Assembly (NCBI GenBank): GCA_964505305.1 | Contig: CAZDHE010000001.1 | Span: 95,967-159,966 of the forward strand | DNA from: an uncultured Bdellovibrionales bacterium | Lineage (GTDB): Bacteria; Patescibacteriota; Minisyncoccia; Moranbacterales; DUUL01 | DNA length: 64,000 bases | Reading direction: 5' to 3' | Translations under genes and position numbers: made by a program | The notes under the pieces: model-generated | What the model was told of the DNA's origin: nothing | The model's database searches: none | The model's input: the letters and a program-made list of their open reading frames with translations, nothing else | In this document: in pieces, positions 1 to 9,524 of the stretch | Layout: each line of letters starts with the position of its first letter | Numbering within the stretch: the first letter of the stretch is position 1

Positions 1-1020
1 ATATATTTCCAAGAAGGCCAGGGCTAAAGAAATGATAACCGGGCCTATAATAAAACCCATTGGTCCGAACAAAGCTATTCCGCCCAAGGTAGCCAAAAAA
101 ACTAGCAAGGGATGAAGACTGGACTGTCCCTCGACCAATTTAGGTCTTAAAATATTGTCCACACTGCTAACAATTATGGCTCCTATAGCAAAAATTACTA
201 TTGCTTGCCAGATGTTTCCAAGAAGGAGTGTAATTAAACCAACGGGAAGCCAAACTAGAACAGCTCCCAGGAGAGGAATGATGGAAATAATTACAGTTAT
301 TATCCCCAACAGAACCGGAGCGGATACTCCAACTATCCAGAAAGTTACGCCCATTAGAAAACCTTGGATTAGGGCTATTATTAAAGTGCCATTAATGGTG
401 GCCTTGGAGATGACTTCGAATCTTTTTAAAAGTTTGTCTTCTTGTTTGTCGGATAGGGGGCTGAGTTGTTTTATCTTTCTTAAAAGAGCATCGCCATCTT
501 TAAAGAAGTAATATAAAGAAAAGAACATTACCGCTATCATAAATAAGAAGTTACTAGTGCTTTCATAGGCACTTTTGATAACGCCAAATACGAATCCCCC
601 CGCGTTTTTGGCTCCGGCGGCAATTTGGGAGGAGTTTACTAAATTTTCATAATTAATTTTGGAAGGCAGAATCCCTGAATTTTCTAAAAAAGGAACTTTA
701 TCAAGAAAAGAAGAGTCTATTTTTACTTCTTTTCCTTGAAAATCTCGAATTATTTTATTGGCTTCAGCTACCGCTAAACTCAAGGTTCCCATAAAGGGCA
801 AGATAATTATAAGAACAATCAGCGAACACATAAACAGGGAGGCCAAACTTTTCCTATTATTCATTTTCCTGCTCACCTTTTTGTAAGTTTTTCGAAAGAG
901 GGTGAACAAAACAAAAGCTAAAAATAAGGCCACCAAGAAAGGCTTGAAAATCAAATAAGAAGCCCATAAAACAACACCCATTAAAATAAAGATAAAAACA
1001 CTGCTCAATTTGTTTTGCAT
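1..1020 (-). CDS. AI-2E family transporter (PerM/UPF0118-like), partial - C-terminal end runs off the window start
   Basis: Reverse-complement translation from the ATG at 1018-1020 gives MQNKLSSVFIFILMGVVLWASYLIFKPF... ending ...IIGPVIISLALAFLEIY at position 1 with no stop. It is polytopic, with a typical AI-2E family C-terminal region. It is absent from the ORF track because no stop lies in the window. Confidence 0.6.
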   Translation of the reverse strand, partial: MQNKLSSVFIFILMGVVLWASYLIFKPFLVALFLAFVLFTLFRKTYKKVSRKMNNRKSLASLFMCSLIVLIIILPFMGTLSLAVAEANKIIRDFQGKEVKIDSSFLDKVPFLENSGILPSKINYENLVNSSQIAAGAKNAGGFVFGVIKSAYESTSNFLFMIAVMFFSLYYFFKDGDALLRKIKQLSPLSDKQEDKLLKRFEVISKATINGTLIIALIQGFLMGVTFWIVGVSAPVLLGIITVIISIIPLLGAVLVWLPVGLITLLLGNIWQAIVIFAIGAIIVSSVDNILRPKLVEGQSSLHPLLVFLATLGGIALFGPMGFIIGPVIISLALAFLEIY

Positions 1021-1084
1021 AAAATTAGTGTTACTTGCTACTTTGCCTTATATTTTACATTTAATTTTAATAAAAAACAATGCC

Positions 1085-2557
1085 TTATTTACTCTTGCTA
1101 AAAAATTGGGCTAAATAAGCAAAATCTTTCTTATTAATTTCCCTGAAGGCTATCATTAAAAGTATGTAGAAAGACATTAAAAGAAGTGACCATGCTATAA
1201 AAATATATCTGCCTTGAGTTAGGAATAAACCGACTTGGTAAATAATTAAGCTGGCGGCTAAGCACTTGGCAAGAAGAAAAACATTGATAAAACTGACAAT
1301 TTTGAGATTAGAATAAACAAGAGCGGCCAAGAGAATGATAGCTGAGGTAACGGTAGTAGCTAAAGCGGACCCGATTAGTCCGAATTGTTTTATTAAAAAA
1401 TAATTTAAACCGGCGTTTAAGAGCGCCCCTATAATAGAAATATACATTGGAAATTTATTTAATCCGGCTCCGTTTAAAACAAAAGTCAAGACATAAAAAA
1501 CAGTCAAAAAGCCGAAACCGAAAATTAAAATACTCATAATCGGTCCGCCGGCTGAATAGCCGCTACCATAAAAAAATCTTATTGCCGAGTCGGAGAACAG
1601 GTGGAGGATGGCCACGGTTGGGAATAATCCTATAAATAAGTATCTAAAAGCTTTTTGAAGTAAATTTTGAGTTTTTTCTTTAATACCTTGACTTGTGGAT
1701 TCTGATATTTTGGGCAAGAGAATAACTGTCATAAAAAAGAATAAATAGTAGGGAATTCTACTTACCGTTATGGCGGCGTTATAAATTCCGGTTAAAGCGT
1801 CTTCTTGTAGCATAGCTTTAACAAAATAAAGATTTAGAGAAATCATGAATTCATAAAAAAGCATAAATAAAACGATTGGCCAGGCAAAATGAGCCATTTT
1901 TTTTATCAGATCTTTTTCCAGGGGAGGGTTTTGGAAGCGAGGTTTTTTACGGCACTTGGCTTTAGTGAAAGGATCCAGAAAGTATCCCAGTAAATAAACG
2001 CTGAAAGGAGCCAAGGCTTGACCGATTAAAGCTCCGGCCACTTTAAAATAATATCCCAATCCGACGATGAAGACGATTTTAGCCACGGAACGGAAAAATT
2101 TTAAAAAAGATTTTTTGCCAAAACTTTGAATACCGGTAAAATAGTAAGAATAAAAACTGGCCAAGGCAAATCCCGGTATAATCAAAGAAGAAATTTGAAA
2201 AAGAGTGGTTAGGCTTGGGTCGTTGAGGAGTTTTGCGAAGACGGGAGCCAAAAAGAAATACAGCGAAGTCACAGCAATGACGACTATCATTTGCAAAAAG
2301 AAAGCATTTTTCTTTATTTTGAAAAAATGATTAGTTTTGTCTTGGGTGGCTTCTCCCAGATATTTACTCATAGAAATAGGCAACCCCCGCCCGATTAAAA
2401 TAATAATCATCGTAGTAAAGGTCACCACTAAGCTAAATCTCCCATAACCCTCGGCGTCCAAAATGCGCCCCATTAAAGCGTGGATTACATAACCGGATAA
2501 ATTAAAAGCTAATTCAGACAGGGATAACCAGAGAGAGGCTTTGATTAAGGCGGACAT
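1085..2557 (-). CDS. Wzx-like oligo/polysaccharide flippase (MOP/MATE-like polysaccharide biosynthesis protein)
   Basis: 490 aa with about 12-14 predicted TM helices and an N-terminus (LWLSLSELAFNLSGYVIHALMGRILDAEGYGRF) typical of the Wzx/RfbX family. It ends a glycosyltransferase cluster. Confidence 0.6.
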   Translation of the reverse strand: MSALIKASLWLSLSELAFNLSGYVIHALMGRILDAEGYGRFSLVVTFTTMIIILIGRGLPISMSKYLGEATQDKTNHFFKIKKNAFFLQMIVVIAVTSLYFFLAPVFAKLLNDPSLTTLFQISSLIIPGFALASFYSYYFTGIQSFGKKSFLKFFRSVAKIVFIVGLGYYFKVAGALIGQALAPFSVYLLGYFLDPFTKAKCRKKPRFQNPPLEKDLIKKMAHFAWPIVLFMLFYEFMISLNLYFVKAMLQEDALTGIYNAAITVSRIPYYLFFFMTVILLPKISESTSQGIKEKTQNLLQKAFRYLFIGLFPTVAILHLFSDSAIRFFYGSGYSAGGPIMSILIFGFGFLTVFYVLTFVLNGAGLNKFPMYISIIGALLNAGLNYFLIKQFGLIGSALATTVTSAIILLAALVYSNLKIVSFINVFLLAKCLAASLIIYQVGLFLTQGRYIFIAWSLLLMSFYILLMIAFREINKKDFAYLAQFFSKSK

Positions 2558-2565
2558 AATAAGAT

Positions 2566-3192
2566 TTAAGAGTTATTTTTAGGAATAAGCTTGATAATTT
2601 TTTGATGGATTTTTTCTTTAGACAATTCAGCTTCAATTAAGCTTAGTTTCCATCTGTTAGCAAAATGTTTTAAAATAATATTTTTTTGATACAAGTAATC
2701 GGCTCCTTGCTCTACGCCTCTTTCCCTTTTTAGAATTTTTTCCGGGTTTATTTTTAAGTAAAATCCGTAATGAGGAATAATCGCGTATTTTTCTGCAATT
2801 TTTTGCCAGAAAGGGATTTTTTGGAAGTTCTTATCTTTTTCCAAAAATTTGATATTAACTATTTGGTCATAAAAATATCTGTCAGTTAGAATGAAATCAT
2901 ATTTATTACGATAGTTATTCATTAAATAAAAATGACGAAATCGGAAAACATCTATTATTAAAGCCGTTTTTCTTAAGAAAATAGCCTTTTTACTAGCGGT
3001 TGTCTGAGCTTTTTTTCCGCGGGAGGAGTTCCTCTTTTTTGATTTAAGAATCTTGTTGGCAATAGAAAAAGAAATCATATGAAAACTTTTTATTTTAAAG
3101 CCTTTTTTGGCAAGATTTTTTTTAAGGAGATTCAATTGAGTGGATTTTCCGGATCCGTCCAGTCCGGATATAGTTATTAATTTCATAGACAA
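2566..3192 (-). CDS. P-loop kinase with thymidylate-kinase-like fold (divergent Tmk/dNK family)
   Basis: Walker A ITISGLDGSGKSTQ aligns with the Tmk N-terminus (IEGIDGSGKTTQ). A DRY motif (FILTDRYFYDQ) is present. The length of 208 aa fits Tmk. The REPGGT region is not conserved, so the substrate is uncertain. Confidence 0.45.
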   Translation of the reverse strand: MSMKLITISGLDGSGKSTQLNLLKKNLAKKGFKIKSFHMISFSIANKILKSKKRNSSRGKKAQTTASKKAIFLRKTALIIDVFRFRHFYLMNNYRNKYDFILTDRYFYDQIVNIKFLEKDKNFQKIPFWQKIAEKYAIIPHYGFYLKINPEKILKRERGVEQGADYLYQKNIILKHFANRWKLSLIEAELSKEKIHQKIIKLIPKNNS

Positions 3193-3255
3193 ATAAAAGC
3201 TATTTTTTATAGTTTTTTAAAAGATTGATGTTATAATCGGCTTATTTTTTTATCC

Positions 3256-4749
3256 TTAAGCCATTAAAACTGCAACCGGATTCATTTTAGCCACCGGCTT
3301 CATTACTCCGTTAGCCTTCATCCCCTCAATAGCCGGTTCTATGTTTTTATAGTGAGAGGCATCTTGCTGAATGATTCCTTTGGATGTCCCGTTATAAAGT
3401 CTAATCTTTCTTTCTTCCATTTTTTGCAATAAATCTTTTCGAGAGCGGGGAACAGGGGAAGTTTTTTCTTTGGACTTTCCTGTGCCGTGAGGAGCTGAAA
3501 AGAAGGTGCTTTGGTTCTCATTGGTGGCAACGCCCAAATAAGCCGGAGTGCTCATTGAAGAAGGAACAAAAATAGGTTCTCCGGTTTCTTCGTAGAGTTT
3601 GATTCCCTTCATTCGCTCGGGTCCGAAGGCTCTTACGGAGCCGTTTCTGTGAACCCAAACATCATGATTAAAATGATTCTCTTTCATTATAGAAATATGG
3701 CTCATGTCATAAACTATAGGTAATTCGGTTTTTTTGCCCAATATTCTTTCAATAGCCCCTTCTATTTTTATTTGCAGTAAAGCTCTATTGGCAAAGCCGT
3801 GATTGGCTGCGGCCTTATGAGCTATTAAAAAATGCTTCTGCAGTTGAGAGTTATCAGGAATGGGGAAGAAATCAGATTTATCTTCGTATTGAGGAAGTTC
3901 TTTTTTAAGGGTTTTGTGCCACTTGATGCTATTTTTAAGGAATGTCCTTCTGGCAAATTCATAAACCATTTTTTGACTCAAATGCTCCTTCTTTTTAGGC
4001 ATATAAAAATAACTGGCATATTGGCCGAACATGCCGGATCCGGTGTGCATCAAGAGGATGTATTGGTTCTTTTTTACTCCCAGTTTATCTGCGGTTTCTT
4101 GATCTATGATATCTTCTGTTAGTAAGAGATCAAGAAAATGATTGCCGGCCGCTCCCAAAATTCCCAATCGGGCTTGAGCTATTTTAAAGAAAAGTTTGGG
4201 GAGGGATTCTATTAAGTCTTTATCAGTAATTTTTTCTTCTTCAAACATATTGCCGCGGAGCATAGTGTTTTCTAATTCTTTTTTGCTTTTGCCGAATTTT
4301 TCCAATAAAGGTTCTACTCCGCGGGAAGATATATCTAAAATAGTTCTATGGGACAATAAGCTTCCCAGGTAAGTTTTAGTGGGAATGACTCGAGTAAGCT
4401 CTTGAAATAGATTGTCAATGTCTTCTTCACTCAAGTCCCCTTTGAAGAAGGGAGTTTTTATCATTCTCATTCCGCAATTGGGGGCGGAGTCATTTAATTG
4501 AGGCATAATGGCACCTCGAGTTGCCACTACGGAGCCGGTAGGATTTTTTCTGCCGGGCTTGGAGTGGATGTCGGTTAAGGCGGCTATGTGGTGAAAAATA
4601 TGCGGATCTTCGGCTATGGAGGCTAATTTTTTGTAGCTATCATCTCCCGGCATTAATTCATCGGCTACATGAAAAATAGTGGAAACAGCCTCTTGGTTGG
4701 AGGGGTGCATTATTTGTTTGTGTTGGGATTCCGGAATTATTTTATACAT
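3256..4749 (-). CDS. rtcB: RtcB family RNA 3'-phosphate ligase
   Basis: The RtcB motifs are all present in order: DIHSKPG...PTGSVVA, NCGMRM (metal-binding Cys), HTGSGMFG, GAAGNHF, ANHGFANR, HRNGSVRAF, and a C-terminal PHGTGK that matches the HGAGR catalytic-His motif. Confidence 0.75.
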   Translation of the reverse strand: MYKIIPESQHKQIMHPSNQEAVSTIFHVADELMPGDDSYKKLASIAEDPHIFHHIAALTDIHSKPGRKNPTGSVVATRGAIMPQLNDSAPNCGMRMIKTPFFKGDLSEEDIDNLFQELTRVIPTKTYLGSLLSHRTILDISSRGVEPLLEKFGKSKKELENTMLRGNMFEEEKITDKDLIESLPKLFFKIAQARLGILGAAGNHFLDLLLTEDIIDQETADKLGVKKNQYILLMHTGSGMFGQYASYFYMPKKKEHLSQKMVYEFARRTFLKNSIKWHKTLKKELPQYEDKSDFFPIPDNSQLQKHFLIAHKAAANHGFANRALLQIKIEGAIERILGKKTELPIVYDMSHISIMKENHFNHDVWVHRNGSVRAFGPERMKGIKLYEETGEPIFVPSSMSTPAYLGVATNENQSTFFSAPHGTGKSKEKTSPVPRSRKDLLQKMEERKIRLYNGTSKGIIQQDASHYKNIEPAIEGMKANGVMKPVAKMNPVAVLMA

Positions 4750-4762
4750 AAAATTTGCTTAA

Positions 4763-5911
4763 TTAGTTATCCTTAACCATCTCTTGATAAAGCTTGTGAT
4801 ATTTTTTAATGTTTTTTTCTATGTCAAAGTTTTTTCTAACAAAATTAAAACCGGCTTGAGAAATTTTTTCCCTCAATTTGCTGTTTCGCTTAAGTTTTAA
4901 AATGTTTTCAGCTAATTTTTCGGGGTTGGCCTTGGGCGTGATTAAGCCGTTTTTTTCATTTTTGATAAATTCTTGCAAAACCGGAATATCGGAAATAATT
5001 ACCGGTTTTTTGCAGGCCATAGCTTCCACTATGGCCAGGGGGATATCAAACTTTCCGGCCATCTCTCTAACCGGAAAAATATTAACATCTGACAAATTGT
5101 AAAGGTCGGCCATGTTCTCAACAGTTTCTTTGAAAAGAATTTGTTTAGAGAAGCTCTTCTGTTTAACTTGCTGAATTATTTCCTCTTTTTTCCCCTTGTC
5201 TTGAGATGATTTAATTCGGCAAGCCAAAATAAGTTTAATATCTTTGTTTTGACCGTTTTCAAAAATTATCTCCGCGGCTTTAATTATATCATCAATAGCC
5301 CTCAATCGGGTGTATTCTCCGGCAAATAGGACTACGAAATTATTTTGATTTAATTTCATTTCCTTTAAAACTTTTTTGAGTTTATTCTTTGGGAAAAACT
5401 TTTTCATATTTATTCCGGGATAAATAAGTTCTACGTTCCCAAACCCCTTCTCTTGGATTTTTTTAAGAGTGTAGTCAGATTGAGCTACTATTTTATCAGC
5501 AAAAAGAATTTTTTTTAACTTGCTTTTGTTTTGTAAATTTTTATCAGGAATAGTTGCAATGGTTTGGATCGTCTTTGAAGAGGTGAGAGTTAATCGAGAT
5601 CTTATAATAAAAGAGGTTAAGAGGCGGGGAGTGAATAAAAAGTGAATTATTTGGAAAGATTTTTTTCCCAATAAAAAATAAAGTATTAAACGAATTTTCT
5701 CATATCCGTCGAAGCGGTTTTTGGAGTAAATTTTCCTTTGGATTATTTTGTCGGGCAGCGTCTTTTCGTAGCCGGCTGAGTTTTGGGTAGTTAAAACCTC
5801 AAAGCGCAAATTTTTTTTTTGGCTATTGAAGGCTATTTCGTAAGCTAAATTTTTGGAGGCTTCGTCCCAGGGAGGGCTTAAGGGACGAGTGAAAAGTAGA
5901 ATATTTTTCAT
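4763..5911 (-). CDS. Glycosyltransferase family 4 (GT-B, RfaG-like)
   Basis: The C-terminal GT4 signature EAMACKKPVIISD is present. The length of 382 aa fits, and the gene is flanked by other GT genes. Confidence 0.75.
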   Translation of the reverse strand: MKNILLFTRPLSPPWDEASKNLAYEIAFNSQKKNLRFEVLTTQNSAGYEKTLPDKIIQRKIYSKNRFDGYEKIRLILYFLLGKKSFQIIHFLFTPRLLTSFIIRSRLTLTSSKTIQTIATIPDKNLQNKSKLKKILFADKIVAQSDYTLKKIQEKGFGNVELIYPGINMKKFFPKNKLKKVLKEMKLNQNNFVVLFAGEYTRLRAIDDIIKAAEIIFENGQNKDIKLILACRIKSSQDKGKKEEIIQQVKQKSFSKQILFKETVENMADLYNLSDVNIFPVREMAGKFDIPLAIVEAMACKKPVIISDIPVLQEFIKNEKNGLITPKANPEKLAENILKLKRNSKLREKISQAGFNFVRKNFDIEKNIKKYHKLYQEMVKDN

Positions 5912-5969
5912 TGGATTTTTTAATTTAAAGCGCCAAGATTAATTTAGGCCAGTGTTTGCTGGCAAATGA

Positions 5970-6392
5970 TTACTTGATTAAATCAATTTTCTTGCTTATG
6001 GTAGACTTTTTGTTTTCATAAGAAATTTCCACTTTGTATTTAAGTGAAGACTCTGAAAATTGAGTTATTTTTTCAATTGTTTCCGGAGATAGGCTTACAA
6101 TTTTTTCTGAGCCGGAGTTTATTTCTATCTCTCTTTCACCTATTTTTTCTTGATTAACAAAAAAAGCCGTTTTGTAATTCTGAGTTTTTTGAAAGGTGTT
6201 CTCAATAAAAAAATCAAAAACTTTTTCGTTATTTTGTTTTTTAATATAGAAGACGTTTTCTGTGTGGGAAAAAGCGGCAACAGTGTATTTTTCTCCGGCT
6301 TCTTTGCGCTGTTGCTTTTCTTGCCAAAAGAGCAGGGAGCTGCTGATTAGCAATATCCCTCCCAGCAAAAGATAAAAATAAACTTTTTTCAT
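5970..6392 (-). CDS. Small N-terminally membrane-anchored hypothetical protein
   Basis: Single N-terminal hydrophobic helix (YFYLLLGGILLISSSLLFW) followed by a polar 110-aa domain. No recognisable motifs. Confidence 0.4.
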   Translation of the reverse strand: MKKVYFYLLLGGILLISSSLLFWQEKQQRKEAGEKYTVAAFSHTENVFYIKKQNNEKVFDFFIENTFQKTQNYKTAFFVNQEKIGEREIEINSGSEKIVSLSPETIEKITQFSESSLKYKVEISYENKKSTISKKIDLIK

Positions 6393-6397
6393 AAAAA

Positions 6398-8362
6398 TTA
6401 TCTTACAAATCTTTGATAAATAACCACGTTTTCACTGGTGTAAATCATAGAGAAATTTTCCGATTTTTGGAATTGCTGCGTGTCATAACCGTTGCGGAGG
6501 ATAATATATTCAACCCCGGTTTCTTCATAGCAAGATTTTCCTATTTCCGAATCGGGAATTGAAATCATATCGCGAGTGCAGGTTTCCCTGTCTTTGACCG
6601 GGTCGTCATATCTTTTTAACAAAGCTCTGGAGAGAGGCTTCTCATAACCCCTCATTAGAAAAACTTTTACCCAAGAGTCTGCAGGTAGATGAACGTGATC
6701 TTTAAGGATAACCTCTTCGGAAGTGGTCTTTTCGGCTAAATACCTGGAGGCTCGTAAGGTTTCTGCATACATTTTGGCATTTTTTTTACTATCCTCCGGG
6801 TACCATTCGGAAATATCGGTCGAGCCGGAAATATAGCCGGTAGAAATAATTAAAGCAAAAAATAAAACAGAAGCCTTAGGGTCCAACTTTTTAATTATCG
6901 GTTTTAGCAGCAGAAAAAGACCAAACACGCATAAGGCCGCAGAGGGGTAGGTTAGATAATTGGCTATTCGACCGGAAGGGATGTCTACTTTTAAAACATC
7001 CGGAAAAGAAGTCATTAGAAAAATCACCCAAAACCAGGCCGGGATAACCAAGGCAAGTAACCCTATCTTCAGAGGGTCGCTTAATGTCACAGAATAATAT
7101 TTTTTTGCAAAATCTTTCAAAACTTGCCTTTTTGAAAAAATTAAAAACAAAATACCGCCTAAAAAGACAGTTCCTAGAAAGGAGTAAAAAACACGCCATG
7201 GTCCGGTGGATAAAAGTAAATCTCCAAAAATCACTCCCGTCCTAGTTGACTTGGATGGTTCGCCCACTGCGGTGCTTATGGCGGAGGAGTTGAGGTAAGA
7301 GGGGACTCTAATGAGAAAAACAAAAAGCAACAAGGCAATGCCAACTAACGATGATTTGAGGTTTATTATAGATTTCAGAGTTTTTGTTATTTTTTGTTTG
7401 GAAGTTTTTTTGAAAAAAAATAATAGAGCAAAATAAGCTATGGATAAGATTGTAAATCCGATAATAAAATATAAGAAAACAAAAGTGGATAGATGGTGGG
7501 TGTAAGCCATCGTTCCCACTATAAAAACACCTATGGCTGAAAGCAGAGTGTCTTTTTCTTGAATTGCTTTGGCGAATAAATAAATAGAAACGGGTATGAA
7601 AAGTCCTCCCAATATATTGCCGACCACTCCTCCATTTATGTATTTTCCCTGTGGGGAGGATATTGCGTAGAGAACTCCTATGGCAAGAAGACTTAAAAGA
7701 CCCAGGGCAAAAGAATCTCTGGGAGGCAAAAATGAGGAGGAAATTTGTTTAACCACGGCAAAAATGGCTATCAGAGAGAAAATGTTAATTAAAAACAGAA
7801 TGATATTGGGAAGAGAACTTATTAAACTTATGCCGGAAAGAATGGAAGTGGCGGCGAAAACAATGTGTTCTCCGATAATAACATCCGGAATTCCATACTG
7901 AGGAAGCTCGGCAAAGTCGACAATATGTTTGGCCCAATACATATGATGCCCTGAGTCGGTAGTGTGAGGGATAACCTTGGGAATCAAATAAATTAGTCTG
8001 GCAACTATTGAAAGAAGCAAGATGATGAAAAAAGCTAACCAGCCTTTATGTATAGATTTTCCCTCGGTTTTTTGGGGCTTGATAATTTTTCTTTTGCGAA
8101 AATGAACAAAAGCTGCTCCGGCTGTAAAAAATCCCAACCCCAGTGAAACGGAAATGAAATTAATGGCTATTCCGGCTTTGTCTACAATCATCATCAAAAA
8201 ATTGACAACGGCAATACTTAAAGTAAAAGCCAAAATAGCCTCGCCGGCGTAGCCGAACTTATTTTTCTCCGGATACAATACTTTTAAAGTAAAATACCCG
8301 GGAAGAAAGAATAAAAAAAATAAAGTAAGGCTGAGTTTAATTATATCAAGGGCAAATTCCAT
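6398..8362 (-). CDS. Polytopic membrane protein, GT-C-like (putative membrane glycosyltransferase/polymerase) with soluble C-terminal domain
   Basis: 654 aa with at least 12 hydrophobic helices in the first 480 aa, then a soluble roughly 170-aa tail. This is ArnT/PMT/O-antigen-polymerase-like topology. It lies inside the GT cluster. Confidence 0.4.
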   Translation of the reverse strand: MEFALDIIKLSLTLFFLFFLPGYFTLKVLYPEKNKFGYAGEAILAFTLSIAVVNFLMMIVDKAGIAINFISVSLGLGFFTAGAAFVHFRKRKIIKPQKTEGKSIHKGWLAFFIILLLSIVARLIYLIPKVIPHTTDSGHHMYWAKHIVDFAELPQYGIPDVIIGEHIVFAATSILSGISLISSLPNIILFLINIFSLIAIFAVVKQISSSFLPPRDSFALGLLSLLAIGVLYAISSPQGKYINGGVVGNILGGLFIPVSIYLFAKAIQEKDTLLSAIGVFIVGTMAYTHHLSTFVFLYFIIGFTILSIAYFALLFFFKKTSKQKITKTLKSIINLKSSLVGIALLLFVFLIRVPSYLNSSAISTAVGEPSKSTRTGVIFGDLLLSTGPWRVFYSFLGTVFLGGILFLIFSKRQVLKDFAKKYYSVTLSDPLKIGLLALVIPAWFWVIFLMTSFPDVLKVDIPSGRIANYLTYPSAALCVFGLFLLLKPIIKKLDPKASVLFFALIISTGYISGSTDISEWYPEDSKKNAKMYAETLRASRYLAEKTTSEEVILKDHVHLPADSWVKVFLMRGYEKPLSRALLKRYDDPVKDRETCTRDMISIPDSEIGKSCYEETGVEYIILRNGYDTQQFQKSENFSMIYTSENVVIYQRFVR

Positions 8363-8403
8363 ACTCTAATCCAATTTAAAAATAATGGCTTAAAATAAAC
8401 TAT

Positions 8404-9513
8404 CTAAGAATTCTTCATTTCATCATAGTAATTTTTAGCAATAACTTCCCAGCTATAATTGTTTTTTACGTATTCATAACTCTTTCTTCCTAAGCTTTTA
8501 AGGGAATTGGGATCGTTCTCCAGAACTTCTTTAATTTTTTCCACCCAAGCTTGAGGATTCTCCGGTTCGACTAAAAAGCCGTTTTTTCCTTCCTTGACAG
8601 CATCCTTTAAGCCTTCCAGGTCGGAAGCCAAGACAACTCTTTCGCACATTCCCGCTTCTATGGCATTGATACCAAAACCCTCCATAGAACCGATAACTTT
8701 TATGTTTGGAGAAACTACCAAGTCTACTGTATTAAGCAGTATTTTAACATCTTGCCAAGGAAGAGAGGGTAATAGCTTAACTCTATGTTCTAAGTTGTTT
8801 TCTATTATAGCTTTTTCGCTGCTCAGGAAGTCGTCTTTGTCTCCGGCTGTTCTTTCCGCTACTCGGTTTCCGGCTGCTATCATTACTACATTTTCCGGCA
8901 ACTCCGGCATAACGTTTTCTATAAACCAACTAGTCCCTTTGTGGGGTACGAATCTGGCTAATCTTAAGATAACTTTTTTTTCATTTAAAGTTTTGCCGAA
9001 TAATTGTTCCAGTTCTTTGCGGGAGTGTTTTTCCTTTAAATCTTTTTCGGATACTCCGTTGGGAATAAATTTGCAAAGGTCTGAGTCTATTCCGGCATTT
9101 AGCGCTTCTTCTATGGTAGCATTTCCCACCGCAAAAAGTTTATTCATTTTTTTTAAGGATTCAATGTTGATCTTTTGGTAAATTTTTGGCAAAACCCCTT
9201 CTTTTTGAGCGAAAGTTATGTCCAGCCCGTGAATTATGGAGAAAAATTTTTTCTTGGGATGGAAAAAGCTTAATACTCTTGCCAGCGGAGCCAATACTCC
9301 GCTTCCAACGAGGCAAGCGTCGTATTTAGTCATCAAGAAAAAAGATTTTAGAAAAGCCCAGGGAAGAAAAAGAGGCAAAAAATACTTTCCCTTTTTATTG
9401 GCAATTATTTTGGTGGAAGTAATTTCGGATAAATGACGAGCCAACTCGTAATTTTGTTTTTCAATTCCTCCAACAATAGGGGGATAAGTGTGGGAGATAA
9501 ATAGTATTTTCAT
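8404..9513 (-). CDS. Glycosyltransferase family 4
   Basis: Classic GT4 N-terminus MKILFISHTYPPIVGGIEKQNYELARHLSE and a C-terminal GT-B nucleotide-binding region. Confidence 0.8.
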   Translation of the reverse strand: MKILFISHTYPPIVGGIEKQNYELARHLSEITSTKIIANKKGKYFLPLFLPWAFLKSFFLMTKYDACLVGSGVLAPLARVLSFFHPKKKFFSIIHGLDITFAQKEGVLPKIYQKINIESLKKMNKLFAVGNATIEEALNAGIDSDLCKFIPNGVSEKDLKEKHSRKELEQLFGKTLNEKKVILRLARFVPHKGTSWFIENVMPELPENVVMIAAGNRVAERTAGDKDDFLSSEKAIIENNLEHRVKLLPSLPWQDVKILLNTVDLVVSPNIKVIGSMEGFGINAIEAGMCERVVLASDLEGLKDAVKEGKNGFLVEPENPQAWVEKIKEVLENDPNSLKSLGRKSYEYVKNNYSWEVIAKNYYDEMKNS

Positions 9514-9524
9514 AAAGATTTATT

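Noticed and set aside
155-511. 118-aa plus-strand ORF
   Set aside because: It is antisense to the AI-2E transporter reading frame that runs continuously from 1020 to the window edge.
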